From the NCBI GenBank assembly GCA_021814445.1, contig JAKAIF010000003.1, forward strand, positions 1 through 44,189: 44,189 nt of DNA, given 5' to 3'. A program made the position numbers and the translations under genes. The stretch is from a bacterium (GTDB lineage Bacteria > Patescibacteriota > Minisyncoccia > UBA6257 > JAGOQP01). Numbering within the stretch: the first letter of the stretch is position 1; each line of letters begins with the position of its first letter. Positions 28,401 to 36,327 of the stretch are shown here, in pieces. Under the pieces are notes generated by a model. The model did no database searches. It saw only the letters and a list, made by a program, of their open reading frames with translations, and was not told the origin of the DNA.

Positions 28401-30251
28401 ATGCGTATTTTATTTAAATCATTTATCAAAAACATCCTTATCGTAATACTCGCCTTTGTGGGTATTATGATTGTGTTTGCGTCTTTATTTTCTTCCTCAA
28501 CCGCTCCAAGAGATATCACCTTAAACGAGCTTGCGAATAAAATAAACTCACAAGAAGTAACTCATATCACCGTTGAAGAAAACACAGTCACCGCAACATT
28601 TAAAGATGGGACCGAGGGAACAACAAAAAAAGAAACCGAAGCGGGACTCTCTGAAACACTCAAAAACTATGGTGTGGAGGCAAAAACACTGCAACAAATT
28701 CCCCTTGAGATGAAGGATCCTTCAGGATGGAAACTTTGGATGAATATTCTTCTTCCTTCGCTCCTTCCTATTATTCTTATTGGCGTGTTCATTTGGTTTA
28801 CCTTCCGCCAAGCGCGCGCGGGCGCATCACAAGCTATGAACTTTGGGCGTTCAAATCTAAAATTATTCTCTCCTTTTAAAGACAAGGTTACGTTTGCCGA
28901 TGTGGCAGGACTCAAGGAAGTAAAACAAGAATTAATTGAAGTCGTGGACTTTTTAAAGAATCCCAAAAAATACGCAGACGCGGGAGCTCAAATTCCTCGG
29001 GGTGTTCTTTTGCTCGGTATGCCAGGAACAGGAAAAACACTCTTGGCGCGCGCCGTTGCAGGAGAAGCGGGCGTTCCTTTCTTTCATATCTCTGCTTCTG
29101 AATTTGTGGAGATGTTCGTGGGGGTGGGAGCTTCCCGTACCCGCGATGCATTCCTCACCGCAAAGAAAGCCTCTCCGTCAATTTTATTTATTGATGAAAT
29201 AGATGCGATTGGACGCGAGCGTGGTGCGGGTGTGGGAGGAGGTCACGATGAGCGTGAACAAACCCTCAACCAGATTCTCGTAGAAATGGATGGGTTTGAA
29301 AAAGAATCACGCGTGATTGTGCTTGCCGCAACAAATCGTCCCGACATTTTAGATCCCGCACTTCTCCGCCCTGGACGTTTTGATCGTCGCGTTACCCTTG
29401 ATCTTCCCGACATTAATGACCGTGAGGCGATCCTCCGTATTCACGGACGCAATAAGTCACTCGCAAAAGATGTTGACTACAGACAAATTGCCGTGCGCAC
29501 ACCTGGTTTTTCTGGCGCCGATCTTGCCAACCTCATGAATGAAGCCGCCATCCTTGCCGCGCGAGAAAATAAAACAGTTATAGAACAATCACATTTATAT
29601 GAAGCGATTGAAAAAGTGCTTCTTGGACCTGAACGCCGATCACGCACTCTCTCCACACAAGAAAAAGAAATCACCGCATATCACGAAGCGGGACATGCGC
29701 TTGTTGCCGCATCATTAAAAGACGCCGATCCCGTGCATAAGATTTCTATTATCGCGCGCGGACAAGCGGGCGGATATACCCTCAAACTTCCTATTGAAGA
29801 TAGATATCTACACACACGTAAACAATTTCTCGCTGACCTTGCGATGACCCTGGGTGGATATGCAAGCGAAGAAAATACGTTTAAAGATATCAGCACCGGA
29901 GCTTCAAATGATCTAGCGGTTGCCTCAGAGGTTGCGCGCCGTATGGTCACGCGATATGGGATGAGTAAATTTGGTCCCATTACGTTTGGAAAAACACAAG
30001 AATTAATTTTCTTAGGAAAAGAAATTTCTACAGAACGAAATTATTCCGACAAGGTTGCTTCTGAGATTGATGCTGAAGTAGAGCACCTACTCGCTTCCGC
30101 GCACAAAATGGCAAAAGATATTCTGCATAAACACAAAGAAGCACTTGATGCACTCGCGCAAAAATTAATGACCGAAGAAACAATTGAAAAAGAATCATTT
30201 GATGCGCTTATAGAAGAATTCAAAATAAAACCAACAACGTTTTCACTATAA
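28401..30251 (+). CDS. ftsH: ATP-dependent zinc metalloprotease FtsH
   Basis: Two TM helices, GMPGTGKT Walker [22 protein letters not shown]. Start ATG 28401. Confidence 0.98.
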   Translation: MRILFKSFIKNILIVILAFVGIMIVFASLFSSSTAPRDITLNELANKINSQEVTHITVEENTVTATFKDGTEGTTKKETEAGLSETLKNYGVEAKTLQQIPLEMKDPSGWKLWMNILLPSLLPIILIGVFIWFTFRQARAGASQAMNFGRSNLKLFSPFKDKVTFADVAGLKEVKQELIEVVDFLKNPKKYADAGAQIPRGVLLLGMPGTGKTLLARAVAGEAGVPFFHISASEFVEMFVGVGASRTRDAFLTAKKASPSILFIDEIDAIGRERGAGVGGGHDEREQTLNQILVEMDGFEKESRVIVLAATNRPDILDPALLRPGRFDRRVTLDLPDINDREAILRIHGRNKSLAKDVDYRQIAVRTPGFSGADLANLMNEAAILAARENKTVIEQSHLYEAIEKVLLGPERRSRTLSTQEKEITAYHEAGHALVAASLKDADPVHKISIIARGQAGGYTLKLPIEDRYLHTRKQFLADLAMTLGGYASEENTFKDISTGASNDLAVASEVARRMVTRYGMSKFGPITFGKTQELIFLGKEISTERNYSDKVASEIDAEVEHLLASAHKMAKDILHKHKEALDALAQKLMTEETIEKESFDALIEEFKIKPTTFSL

Positions 30252-30263
30252 ATCATCTCTCAC

Positions 30264-30309
30264 AAATAAAATAAAACACTCTATATATATAGAGTGTTTT
30301 ATTTTATTT
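30264..30309. terminator. 46-bp perfect AT-rich palindrome after ftsH (probable terminator)
   Basis: AAATAAAATAAAACACTCTATAT|ATATAGAGTGTTTTATTTTATTT. Confidence 0.7.
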
Positions 30310-30362
30310 AGTTGCGTTGTAGATAGATAATATTTCCGCGGCAGAAAGAGCACGATACAAAG

Positions 30363-30404
30363 CAAAGCCAAAGTTTTTGACGATCGTCAAAAACTTTGGC
30401 TTTG
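30363..30404. repeat. Second full copy (42 bp) of the palindromic repeat
   Basis: Identical to 14890-14931. Confidence 0.95.
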
Positions 30405-30574
30405 TGTATAGGCGCGGATATCAGAATATAAAAAACAATAATCCATTAATCCATCATGGAAGAATTATTGTTCTAACACAGAATACTTGGACTAGTTCAT
30501 GCCCCATATCAACACTTCGTGTGATACGGGGAGTGCCTACTCCACTACTAATTGTGGACGATACAGGATTTTCA

Positions 30575-30675
30575 CCCCGTTAGATAATTTACAAGGTGTT
30601 AATTACCTAATATGTGGAGTTATTATATTCTTGTCTATAGCTATAGACAAGAACAAATTAAATATCTTTACGGGG
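30575..30675. repeat. MITE-like CCCCG...CGGGG element
   Basis: Termini CCCCGTTAGATA / TATCTTTACGGGG; internal perfect 26-bp palindrome 30628-30653. Confidence 0.65.
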
Positions 30676-30752
30676 CGTGCCTGTGACCTTTGGTGTAAAC
30701 GGATAAAACGTCCCTATGGACGTTTTATCCTCTAACCAGCAAACAAAATTTG

Positions 30753-30826
30753 TGCACCCTGTAGGATTCGAACCTACGACCCCTTCAGTGTAAATGAAGT
30801 GCTCTAACCAGCTGAGCTAAGGGTGC
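30753..30826 (-). tRNA. tRNA-Val (anticodon TAC)
   Basis: Reverse complement GCACCCTTAGCTCAG...CTTCA-TTTACAC-TGAAG...GGTTCGAATCC...GGGTGCA. Confidence 0.96.
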
Positions 30827-30883
30827 TGAATCTATGTGTGATAGATATATCAAAATACTATCCAAAACACAAGTTACAAATGC

Positions 30884-31492
30884 TTATTTATGTTCTCCAG
30901 TTCCCCCATTCAGTTTTGCAGAAAATATCTTATCAACAATTTTTCTAATGTAGCGTTCAAATACCATAAGAAGAATGAGAATGCCCGCCACACCCAATGC
31001 AATAACCTCAAGTCTCTGTTTAAAGATGTTTGTTTGATCGGCAAACATATATCCAATACTCATATATAATGAAGGCCACAAGAGCGCGGTTATGAACGAA
31101 TACCGCATCACTTTTTTGAGAGGAATTTTTACATACCCCGTTGAGATCAAAATAATGCGGTTAAAGTTCCACGCAAATTTTGAGAAAACTACCACCAGTC
31201 CTGCAAAAGGGCGGTACCGTTCCATAAATCCAGCAAATTTATCCAAATCAAAATAAAAGTATTTTTTCTTTTCGCGTTTTGCAAGCCATTCCCCCAATCG
31301 CCAAAAAATCATATCGTGAATCAAGGTGGCAACAAAAGCAATAAAGAATAAAGTTGAAAAACTCAGATATCTCCCCCGACTCAACGCCCCAAATAATAGG
31401 AGGGAAACGTCTCCCTCAAGAAACATCATAAGAAATGCAACTCCGTATACGAGCAACTCATGGTTGTGACCAAACGCGATAAGCCAATCCAT
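30884..31492 (-). CDS. DedA/VTT family membrane protein
   Basis: FLEGD, D...F..G helix, V..SKF.....R....I..G, ALLW......GY. Confidence 0.8.
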   Translation of the reverse strand: MDWLIAFGHNHELLVYGVAFLMMFLEGDVSLLLFGALSRGRYLSFSTLFFIAFVATLIHDMIFWRLGEWLAKREKKKYFYFDLDKFAGFMERYRPFAGLVVVFSKFAWNFNRIILISTGYVKIPLKKVMRYSFITALLWPSLYMSIGYMFADQTNIFKQRLEVIALGVAGILILLMVFERYIRKIVDKIFSAKLNGGTGEHK

Positions 31493-31621
31493 AAATGGTT
31501 AGATATTAGTGGTTAGTAGATAGTATCTAGTATACTATACAACAAACATAAAAAGAAAACGTGAAAAAGGTAAGCCTTGTTGAATTTTTCATAAAATACG
31601 CTAGTGTTATAAAATAATTAT

Positions 31622-31662
31622 GCGCCCATAGCTCCCCGAAATATACTTCGTATATCACGGGG
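31622..31662 (+). repeat. Duplicated tRNA-Ile 5' end fused to a CCCCG...CGGGG hairpin
   Basis: GCGCCCATAGCTC (tRNA nt 1-13) running into CCCCGAAATATAC-TTCG-TATATCACGGGG. Confidence 0.8.
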
Positions 31663-31725
31663 CAAGATATGAATAGACAACGATAGCGCTACGAGTGTAT
31701 TTTAAAAACATTTAAAGATAGATAT

Positions 31726-31799
31726 GCGCCCATAGCTCAGTTGGTTAGAGCATCGAGCTTATACCTCGAGGGTCCTAGGTTCGAGTCCTAGTGGGCGCA
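31726..31799 (+). tRNA. tRNA-Ile (anticodon TAT/UAU)
   Basis: Acceptor GCGCCCA/TGGGCGC, anticodon arm TCGAG-CTTATAC-CTCGA, discriminator A. Confidence 0.93.
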
Positions 31800-31850
31800 C
31801 GAAGTAATAATTCAAAAACTCCTGGAGTTTATTCTAAAAGAAAAAAATCT

Positions 31851-32717
31851 ATGGAAAAGCCAACAATAATAATAACTGGTTGCGGATATAAGCCCATAGC
31901 CCACGTATATTCATATGAAGGGAAACCAACCCACAACGGCATAAACATAGACGGAATTGAACATAAAATGAACGTTGGTGCCGCAGTAGCATTTTATTTT
32001 CTTCAGAAAAATATTGAAGTAATAATGATTTCTAGAACAGAGGAGAATCTAAAGAAAATCAAAGAGGGGTTTATAAAATTAGGATGTAGAGAAGAGTTAA
32101 TCCATTATATTACTACAGACATTACTACCGATGAAGGCGTGAACACATTGGTCACTAATTTGCCACAAAGAGAATGTTTTTACTGGGTCCAGTCTATTGG
32201 TATGGGAGGAGGAGCATATAAAGTTCCAAATGATAATATTTATCTTCCTTTTGAACAAGTACAGCCCGAATTAATTGACGCTGAATCTAAAATAGTCTCC
32301 GCAACACACAGGTTGTTATTGAAATTAATACCAATCTTTCGCAAGCAGATACAAAATGGCAATAAATCAAAAATTTGTATTATTACTTCTATGTCTGGAG
32401 AGAGAGGATATCATTTTGGAACAACACATGTCGCGGCTAAACATGCTTTAGTTGGATATATCAAAGGGATTGAAAAAGAACTAGAAGATGAAGGGATAGA
32501 AATCTATGACGTGAGGCCTGGGGGAATTGACACGGGAATGTATGATAATTCTCACACCAGAGAAGCGGTTGAGGAGATAAGTCAACGAACTAAAATGTGG
32601 GGAGGGGAAAAACCAATATATGCAGAACCAATTAAAGTCGCGGAGGCTGTTTATGATTCACTCTTTGGTGAACATCCACAAAAGGTGTATAGGGTTCTAG
32701 CCCCTAAGCAGATGTAG
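31851..32717 (+). CDS. Atypical SDR family oxidoreductase
   Basis: IIITG, MISRTEENL, DIT, IITSMSG, HxxxK, VRPGGIDT. Start ATG 31851. Confidence 0.8.
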   Translation: MEKPTIIITGCGYKPIAHVYSYEGKPTHNGINIDGIEHKMNVGAAVAFYFLQKNIEVIMISRTEENLKKIKEGFIKLGCREELIHYITTDITTDEGVNTLVTNLPQRECFYWVQSIGMGGGAYKVPNDNIYLPFEQVQPELIDAESKIVSATHRLLLKLIPIFRKQIQNGNKSKICIITSMSGERGYHFGTTHVAAKHALVGYIKGIEKELEDEGIEIYDVRPGGIDTGMYDNSHTREAVEEISQRTKMWGGEKPIYAEPIKVAEAVYDSLFGEHPQKVYRVLAPKQM

Positions 32718-32767
32718 TCCCAGACTTCATCTAAGTCAATATTTTATAAGACGAAGTAATGTGAGGT

Positions 32768-32805
32768 TCCTAGTGTCTGCCTGCCGGTGGGCAGGGGCGC
32801 ACGAA
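32768..32805 (+). mobile_element. att-like duplication of the tRNA-Ile 3' end, interrupted by a 20-bp palindrome
   Basis: TCCTAGTG[TCTGCCTGCCGGTGGGCAGG]GGCGCACGAA versus TCCTAGTGGGCGCACGAA at 31786-31803. Confidence 0.75.
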
Positions 32806-32847
32806 ACATAAAACCCGCTCCGATATATCGGAGCGGGTTTTATGTTT
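32804..32847. terminator. 44-bp perfect palindrome, bidirectional terminator
   Basis: AAACATAAAACCCGCTCCGATA|TATCGGAGCGGGTTTTATGTTT between convergent genes. Confidence 0.8.
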
Positions 32848-33358
32848 ACGCCGCCTTTCTTTTTTCAAATGGATTCTCTTTTTTCACATAGAGATCATTT
32901 ATCTCTTTCTGTTTCTTTTTATTTCTCTCTCGTTTTTCTTCTAATGAAAGCTTTCTCCACTCATTGCCTGGGAGCGCATATTTCCGCTTAATTTTATATA
33001 TTTCTTTTGGCAAGAAATTTTTGTTCACGGAAGTAAATTCCCCTTTCTTATTGAACTCATCTCGTGATGCATCCTCTTCATCCTCATTTTCATGTTGGTG
33101 CGCATCAATATCTTCTAAAATAAGATCCTCAAAATTTTCAGTCTCCAGATCCATAAGTTCATTTTCTGGAATAAACGAGGTTCCTTTTTTATCTTTAAAT
33201 CTTTTCTCACTCGCAAGGCGATTGAGTTCATCGTCCTCTATCTCCTTCTCAGGAATGAGCGGGCTCTTATCTACCGCCCAGCCCTCACGATCTTCCCCTT
33301 CATGAATGTGTGTGCGTGCTGATTCTTCCGAATCAAACAAAGGTGATTCTTTTTTCAT
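32846..33358 (-). CDS. Highly charged hypothetical protein
   Basis: 170-aa ORF with acidic middle and basic C-terminus ending KRKAA. Confidence 0.7.
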   Translation of the reverse strand: MKKESPLFDSEESARTHIHEGEDREGWAVDKSPLIPEKEIEDDELNRLASEKRFKDKKGTSFIPENELMDLETENFEDLILEDIDAHQHENEDEEDASRDEFNKKGEFTSVNKNFLPKEIYKIKRKYALPGNEWRKLSLEEKRERNKKKQKEINDLYVKKENPFEKRKAA

Positions 33359-33432
33359 ATGTATGTATATGATATTTACTTATCTTTTATTATATCACAT
33401 TTCCACGAATAATCAAGCTCATTCTCAATCCC

Positions 33433-34407
33433 CTATACGGTGCTTGTTTTTTCTTTCTGCACTTCTTCTAATATATGTTTCACGTTTTTAATACTTCCCT
33501 CATCAAGCACCGAGAGGGGCACGGCGTTTATTTTATGCCGCTTGAATTGTTTTAATTTTTTAGAAATTTCATCTGGAGATACTTCGTCGCTCTTACTTAA
33601 AAATACATACTCTCTCTTCTTCATTAATTCTTTGTTGTATTTTTTTAATTCATCGCGCACGGTTTTATAGTCCCCCACCGCATCTTCTGATTGAGCTGAC
33701 ACCAAATGGAATAATACCTTGGTGCGTTCCACATGTTTTAAAAATTTAATTCCCAATCCTTTTCCATCAGAGGCTCCTTCAATGAGTCCCGGAAGATCAG
33801 CGAGAATTAAATCGTAATACACTCCCAAGTTTGGCTCTAGCGTAGTGAAGTGATAATTTGCCACTTTTGTTTTTGCGTGTGTGAGTTCGTTTAACAAACT
33901 TGATTTGCCTACATTCGGAAGTCCAATAAGTCCCACGTCGGCGATATATTTTAATTCAAATTTAAACGTGAATTGCTCCCCTGGTTTTCCTGGTTGTGCT
34001 TCTTTGGGTGAGGTGTTCGTCGATGACCGAAAAAGAAAATTTCCTTTCCCTCCATGTCCGCACCGTGCAATACAAATTTTTTCTCCAATCTGTAAAACTT
34101 CTATGTCTTCGCTGGTATCTAAATTATGGAGTACGGTTCCCACGGGAACTCGCACCGTCACATCTTCACCGCGAGATCCATCTATAAATTGCATGCGACC
34201 ATCTCCCCCGTCTGGGGCAATAATTTCTTTTTTGAATCTGAATTGATTTAAGAGGGTGAGGTCAGAAGATCCCTCCACATATACGCTCCCTCCGGTTCCC
34301 CCGTTTCCTCCTGTTGGCCCCAACTCCATTAAATTTTTATTGAATGCGACAAAACCACTTCCTCCATTTCCCGCTTTCACTTTTATAATAACTTCGTCTA
34401 TTAACAT
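33433..34407 (-). CDS. obgE: GTPase Obg/CgtA
   Basis: Gly-rich Obg domain, GLPNVGKS, YHFTTLEPNLG, DLPGLIEGA. Confidence 0.97.
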   Translation of the reverse strand: MLIDEVIIKVKAGNGGSGFVAFNKNLMELGPTGGNGGTGGSVYVEGSSDLTLLNQFRFKKEIIAPDGGDGRMQFIDGSRGEDVTVRVPVGTVLHNLDTSEDIEVLQIGEKICIARCGHGGKGNFLFRSSTNTSPKEAQPGKPGEQFTFKFELKYIADVGLIGLPNVGKSSLLNELTHAKTKVANYHFTTLEPNLGVYYDLILADLPGLIEGASDGKGLGIKFLKHVERTKVLFHLVSAQSEDAVGDYKTVRDELKKYNKELMKKREYVFLSKSDEVSPDEISKKLKQFKRHKINAVPLSVLDEGSIKNVKHILEEVQKEKTSTV

Positions 34408-34717
34408 ATAGCGGTACTATATCATGAAACGCCACACACGCAACTATCCCACACCTAAAAATTCTTATCCTGTTTTGGTTTGTTTTATGTCTTTGTTTAT
34501 ATACCGAATTTACTATTTTCTAATTTTCCGCATTTCCGGATTTTTCCGGAAATGCGGAAACGCTCTTTGCCAGAACTCACCTACGGCTCTAATACTATGC
34601 ATTTTTAGTGTGAAACAAGTGTGAAACATTTTACAAAAATGTTTCACACCTCACCTATGGCTTAAAACCTAGACCATTTAATTGCCAGACCCTTTTGCCA
34701 GATTATTTAATAAAAAA

Positions 34718-34733
34718 TGTTTCACGTGAAACA
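34718..34733. promoter_or_regulatory. parS site
   Basis: TGTTTCACGTGAAACA, exact ParB/Spo0J consensus. Confidence 0.92.
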
Positions 34734-34770
34734 TTTTGAACCATATTTTGGGGGTCATTTCCGTAACAAA

Positions 34771-34786
34771 TGTTTCACGTGAAACA
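34771..34786. promoter_or_regulatory. parS site
   Basis: TGTTTCACGTGAAACA, exact consensus. Confidence 0.92.
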
Positions 34787-34878
34787 TTTGTTGTAAAACA
34801 GAACCATAAACTAGTATAATTATATAAAATTTTTATAAGTTTTCTGTTATTAGTCATACTTATTTTAAATATACCCAT

Positions 34879-35304
34879 ATGAGTACAAGAAATAACAATA
34901 GAATTGGTTCTATTGGCGAGAGTATTGCCTGTGGATATCTTGGTGGCAATGGCTATAATATTCTGGCAAAGAACTTTAGAACCACCTTTGGTGAAATAGA
35001 CATAGTAGCAAAATCACCGCTTAAAACCTTGACGTTTATAGAAGTTAAGACCATGCTTGAGGCCCCCTCTTTTCCTCAACGATTTCCGGAAAGTTATCCA
35101 CATATTTCCGGAAACGAATCCAGAGCTCTTATTCCAGAAGATCAGCTATCTAAAAACAAGCTTATTAAATTCAGACGTATTGCCGAATGGTATGCAAATA
35201 ACAACCCAGAACTTTCCAAACGGGGGTACCAACTTGATGCCATATGTATTGTGCTTTCTCACGAAGAAAACATACTCTCACTCAAGCACTTTAAAAATAT
35301 ATAA
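34879..35304 (+). CDS. yraN: YraN (UPF0102) family nuclease-fold protein
   Basis: G..GE..A..YL...GY.IL..N....GEIDIVA.....FIEVKT. Confidence 0.9.
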   Translation: MSTRNNNRIGSIGESIACGYLGGNGYNILAKNFRTTFGEIDIVAKSPLKTLTFIEVKTMLEAPSFPQRFPESYPHISGNESRALIPEDQLSKNKLIKFRRIAEWYANNNPELSKRGYQLDAICIVLSHEENILSLKHFKNI

Positions 35305-35330
35305 AAGCCGCCTGATGGCGGCCTTCTAAA

Positions 35331-35600
35331 TCAAACCTCAACTTCTATGAGGATGAATTTTTTCTCCTTTAAAATTATTCTTTCCTTTCCACATTCAAAA
35401 CACTCTAGGTGTTTTTCGGTAAAGTTCTTTTTTTGATCTCCTTGTTCGGTATATTCATTATCTAAAACTTTTAAAAACACATAACTCCCACAAGAACACT
35501 TTTTTACAAAAATAGAGATAGGGGAGAATGCTCTCCACACCATCCACCCGCCCAGGCTGATAAAAATAAAAAATCCGATAATGATAAACGTGGACCACAT
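35331..35600 (-). CDS. Small membrane protein with putative zinc ribbon
   Basis: N-terminal TM helix, CSCG...CFECG; SD GGAGG; own promoter. Confidence 0.6.
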   Translation of the reverse strand: MWSTFIIIGFFIFISLGGWMVWRAFSPISIFVKKCSCGSYVFLKVLDNEYTEQGDQKKNFTEKHLECFECGKERIILKEKKFILIEVEV

Positions 35601-35760
35601 GGAGCCTCCAACCTTTATAAAGAGTTTAAAAAAAATAGTTATCTCAAAGTTACTGTTTTATATAATACCGTATTATATAATTAAGTCAACATCTCTTTTA
35701 CTTATAGATTGAGTTGTTGCAATTTTTTCTATACACTACTTTTATACTTCAATACTCATT

Positions 35761-36300
35761 ATGTCTGGTCATAATAAATGGACACAAATAAAACATAAGA
35801 AAGCGGCGAGCGATCAAAAGCGCGCGATTATGTTTTCAAAATTACTCAGGGCTATTTCTGTTTCTGCGCAACAAGATCCTCATCCGCAAAACAATGCAAC
35901 CCTGCGGAGTGCTATCACCAAGGCAAAAGAATTTAACGTACCGCTTGAAAATATTGAACGTGCCATTCGTAAATCTCAAGAAACGAAACAGGCATCAGAA
36001 CTCATTATTGAGGCGTACGGACCAGATGGCGTTGCGCTTCTTATTACCGCATTCACCGATAGTAAAAATAGAACTGTCGCTGAAATAAAAAAGATACTTT
36101 CAGATCATCAGGGAAAATGGGCAGATCCCGGAAGTGTGCTATGGGCATTTGAAAAGAAAGAGGGGGAGTGGTCTGCGCGATTTCCCCAAACACCCTCGGC
36201 TTCTACCCAAGAACACCTTGTAGCCCTCATGGATGCGCTTGATGATCATCCCGATGTGTCTGATATATATACCACCGCGGAGTTATCCCTTTCTGAATAA
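35761..36300 (+). CDS. yebC: YebC/PmpR family protein (short form)
   Basis: MSGHNKWTQIKHKK, NIERAI, EAYGPDG, NRTVAEI, LDDHPDV. Confidence 0.93.
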   Translation: MSGHNKWTQIKHKKAASDQKRAIMFSKLLRAISVSAQQDPHPQNNATLRSAITKAKEFNVPLENIERAIRKSQETKQASELIIEAYGPDGVALLITAFTDSKNRTVAEIKKILSDHQGKWADPGSVLWAFEKKEGEWSARFPQTPSASTQEHLVALMDALDDHPDVSDIYTTAELSLSE

Positions 36301-36327
36301 TTTTAATTTATCTTTATCCAACTCTCT

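Noticed and set aside
14889-30404. Palindromic repeats as a CRISPR array
   Set aside because: Copies are about 15 kb apart with no repeat-spacer periodicity and no cas genes
30499-30735. 78-aa plus-strand ORF
   Set aside because: Runs through stacked hairpins and the MITE-like element; no protein features
31791-31850. Upstream GTG start of the SDR ORF
   Set aside because: Overlaps tRNA-Ile; ATG 31851 fits the SDR N-terminus
34424-34878. Short ORFs 34424-34624 and 34678-34878
   Set aside because: They translate parS and other palindromes (VSRET, FHVKH); the region is best read as non-coding
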